From: Eledone cirrhosa | Lineage: Eukaryota | Reading direction: 5' to 3' | NCBI GenBank assembly: GCA_964016885.1 | Contig: OZ024745.1 | Location: 22,320,001 to 22,384,000, forward strand | DNA length: 64,000 nt | Shown: one piece after another, positions 60,969 to 64,000 of the stretch | How positions within the stretch are numbered: position 1 is the stretch's first letter | Layout: each line of letters begins with the position of its first letter | Made by a program: the position numbers and the translations under genes | Notes under the pieces: generated by a model | What the model saw: only the letters and a program-made list of their open reading frames with translations | What the model was told of the DNA's origin: nothing | Databases searched by the model: none

Positions 60969-63234
60969 TTCCAATGTATATGTGTATATATTTATATATG
61001 TATATATGTATATAACATACACGCATGTATATTTTAGAAAAGAGTCAGTTTTCTGATAGATATTAATTTATCTTTATGTATTGAGTGCTTTTATCTTCCG
61101 TTTGTACACATAAACTTGTGTGTTTTGCATGTGTGGGTTCATAATAGATAAGACAGAGAAATAAATTAGAGCCCGTGTTAAGGGTGGCAAAGGATTAGCG
61201 GAGTCAACCATCTTCCGTCTATTTAACTTATATATTTTATCTAATTTTACTTGTTTACCATTCCCTGGAATTTATATACGATTTCTGAGATCTTACTTAC
61301 TAAATCTTCCTCAAATCCAGCTCTACCTCCTTAAGAAGGACAGATTGGATAATGGGTTCTGATTTAGGCAAAAGGCCAACAATATTGGGGAAGGGAAAGT
61401 TGATTAAATCGTTCCCCGTGCATTACTGGTACTTTATTTTATTAACATCGTAAGGATGAAAAACAAAGCTAACCTCGGTGGGATTTGAACTCATAACGTA
61501 ACTGGACGTAATTATATGCCACAAGACATGGTGTCCAACGCTCTACCAATTACTGTCAATACTTGGACACTTTATCTGAATAAATGATGGTCTTTTTCAT
61601 ATAATATATTTTGTTACTAGATAAATAACGACGAAATGTGGAAAGGTCCATAGGCTGACTATGAAGGGGTGGGTTAGAGCTGTAGAATCTTACATGCATA
61701 AATTTCAACTCTCTTTATTATTAACTGCATTGTTTCTTTCCAGGGACTATGTTGAAAAAAACCCTCATTTGGTCATTCCCTGAGAGTGGAATGACCAAAT
61801 GTGTCAGCTCCTGAACTTTTCAGTCTTTCCCCATATCTAAATGGAATTCTAATCATATTAGACATTTCTTCTACAAGGGTGGACATACGGTTCAATGCCA
61901 TGAAATAAACTATCACTAATGTCATTTCTAGAAGTTCTGTTTGTCTCATCTTGTTGCGAGGGTCGACTGAAGAGTTTATAGGTTATGAAGGAATGATGCT
62001 AGAGCTGTGAAATCTTGCATGTATTAATTTCAACTCATCTTATTATAGTTTCTTTCCAGGGACTATGTTGAAAAATAAACCTCATTCGGTCATTCCATGA
62101 GAGTATCTTGGTCAGCCTATGACCTTCTCAATCGACTCTCGAAGACAACGGTTCATGGAATATAATGTATTTTCAAAATACACAAAGGAAAGAAATCCAT
62201 TAGGAGTTTTCACAATAAACTAAGTTTCGTGATCGTAATTGTTACTTGGGACATAATACATTTTATATTACAGTACATTTTATATTACAGACCTACAGAC
62301 TGCTGGCTCATTTCCTAATCTACTTGGTTATTTCCTTGGTTCATCAGGTGAACACTTTCTTTAGATTGATGGGAAAATCACGTCCACATATATGAAAGCT
62401 TTCCTTTATTATGGGATATACTTGGAAATTATGGAACCTCAACATATCTTTATGTGATGTCAAATCTGATAGATTTTCCAGAAAACTAAGACAGAAAAGT
62501 TGATTGGAACGGAAATTTCTGCTAAGTTGTTTCTTTCTCTCAATGTTCCTCTTTTTTATTTTATTTATTTCTTGTTCTGTCTGGCTGTCTTTCGTTTTTC
62601 TGTCTTTGTTTATTTGTTTGATTGTTTGTTTGTTTCTTTCTTTCTTTTTTTCTGTTCATCTGGTTTTTGCGTACTTTTTTCTTGTTTTTGTTTTTTTTGT
62701 TTTTCGTTTTCTGCTATATTTGGTTCAATAATTGTTTCTATTTTTGGCACAAGGCCAGCAATTACTGGTACTTTATTTTATCGACCCCGTAAGGATCAAC
62801 CGTAAAGTTAACCTCGGCGGGATTTGAACTCCCCATAAGGGCCGTAACTCTTTGCTGCAAAGCATGGCGTCCGACTCTCTACCGATACTGCCAATCCACC
62901 GCCCTATATTTGGTTCAATAATGAAATGTTTTCATGTATCTAAATCGAAATATTCGGGTATGTGACGAATAAGAATTTAGAGACTAGAAATAGGTAGTGA
63001 CATCCACTACCTGCTAATCAATATATCGATCTACCATGATCAGTCAACCTTCTGAAACGATCGTAAAACAATGAACTAATTTAAGAACCTATACTGTTAT
63101 ATTTTCAGTGTTCAATACACACACACATGTATATATATGTATGTGTATACAGTAAAATGATGGTATATTACGGTTGTATGGCGTATAATAACGATATGTG
63201 TATACAGTAAAACATGGTATATTATGGGTCCTTC

Positions 63235-64000
63235 GTTGGTTGATTGGTTCATTGGTTGGTTGGCTGGTTGGTTGATGATTGAATGGTTGCTTGTTCGGTT
63301 GTTTTGGGTTGGTTTCTTGTTATGGCTGGTGAGTTAGTTGGCTTGTTGATTGATTGTTGATAGGATTATCGACTGGTTGGTTGAATATTGATATGGTTGG
63401 TTGGTTAATTGGTTTACTGGTTGGCTGGTTGGTTAGTTGATTGGTTGACTGGTAGTGTGTTATAAATGTTATCTGATTAGCTGGTTGGCTCGTTAGTTGG
63501 CTGGTTGGATGGCTGATTGACTGGTTGGTTGGTTAGCTGGTTGGCTGGTTGGTTGGCTGGATGATTGGCTGATTGGTTGGCTGGTTGGTTGTTTGGTTGG
63601 TTGGTTGGTTGATTGGTTGGCTGGTTGGTTGGCTGATTGGTTGGCTGGTTAGCTAGTTGGCTGTTTAGTTGGTTGCTCGGCTGGTTGGTTGGATGATTGA
63701 TTGGCTGGTTGGCTGGTTGGCTGGTTTTTGGTTGGTTGGTTAGATGGTTGGTTGATTGGTTGGTTGGCTGGTTGGCTGGTTGGCTGGTTGGCTGATTGGT
63801 TGGCTGGTTGGATGGTTGGTTGTTTGGTTGGCTGGTTGGTTGGCGGATTAGTTGGCTGGTTGGCTGGTTGATTGTTTAGTTGGTTGGTTGGCTGGTTGGT
63901 TAGCTGGTTAATTGGTTGGTTGGTTGATTGGTTGGTTGGTTGGTTAGCTGGTTGGTTGTTTGGTTGACTGGTTGGTTTGCGGATTAGTTGGCTGGTTGGC
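63235..64000. repeat. Degenerate (TGGT/TGGC)n tetranucleotide satellite
   Basis: Seen directly; runs off the right edge. Confidence 0.92.

Overview
Eukaryotic, AT- and microsatellite-rich DNA with no host protein-coding gene that I can support. The SINE families and repeat landscape look like a cephalopod (Octopus-like) genome; this is inference. Mobile elements dominate: two Tx1-clade LINEs (one near full length, in an (ATT)n tract), a Neptune-type Penelope-like element (PLE) with an intact RT/GIY-YIG ORF, two Naiad-type PLE remnants, mariner/Tc1/Tigger remnants and MITEs, a non-autonomous Helitron, an R4-like RT fragment and many tRNA-derived SINEs. The unexplained layer is RNA structure: about ten type I hammerhead ribozyme (HHR) motifs read by eye, both CUGANGA and compensated UUGANAA cores. 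They occur as (i) a 486-nt tandem repeat with two identical HHRs (retrozyme-like, possible circRNA), (ii) head-to-head HHR palindromes, (iii) 3' termini of PLEs, and (iv) a dispersed (TA)n-embedded fold-back family (about 13 loci) that keeps only the 3' half of an HHR. The Neptune PLE also has an in-phase U_UUU_UUA slippery site plus hairpin joining a coiled-coil ORF1 to RT, a candidate programmed -1 frameshift. All folds were paired by hand and coordinates may be off by a few bases.
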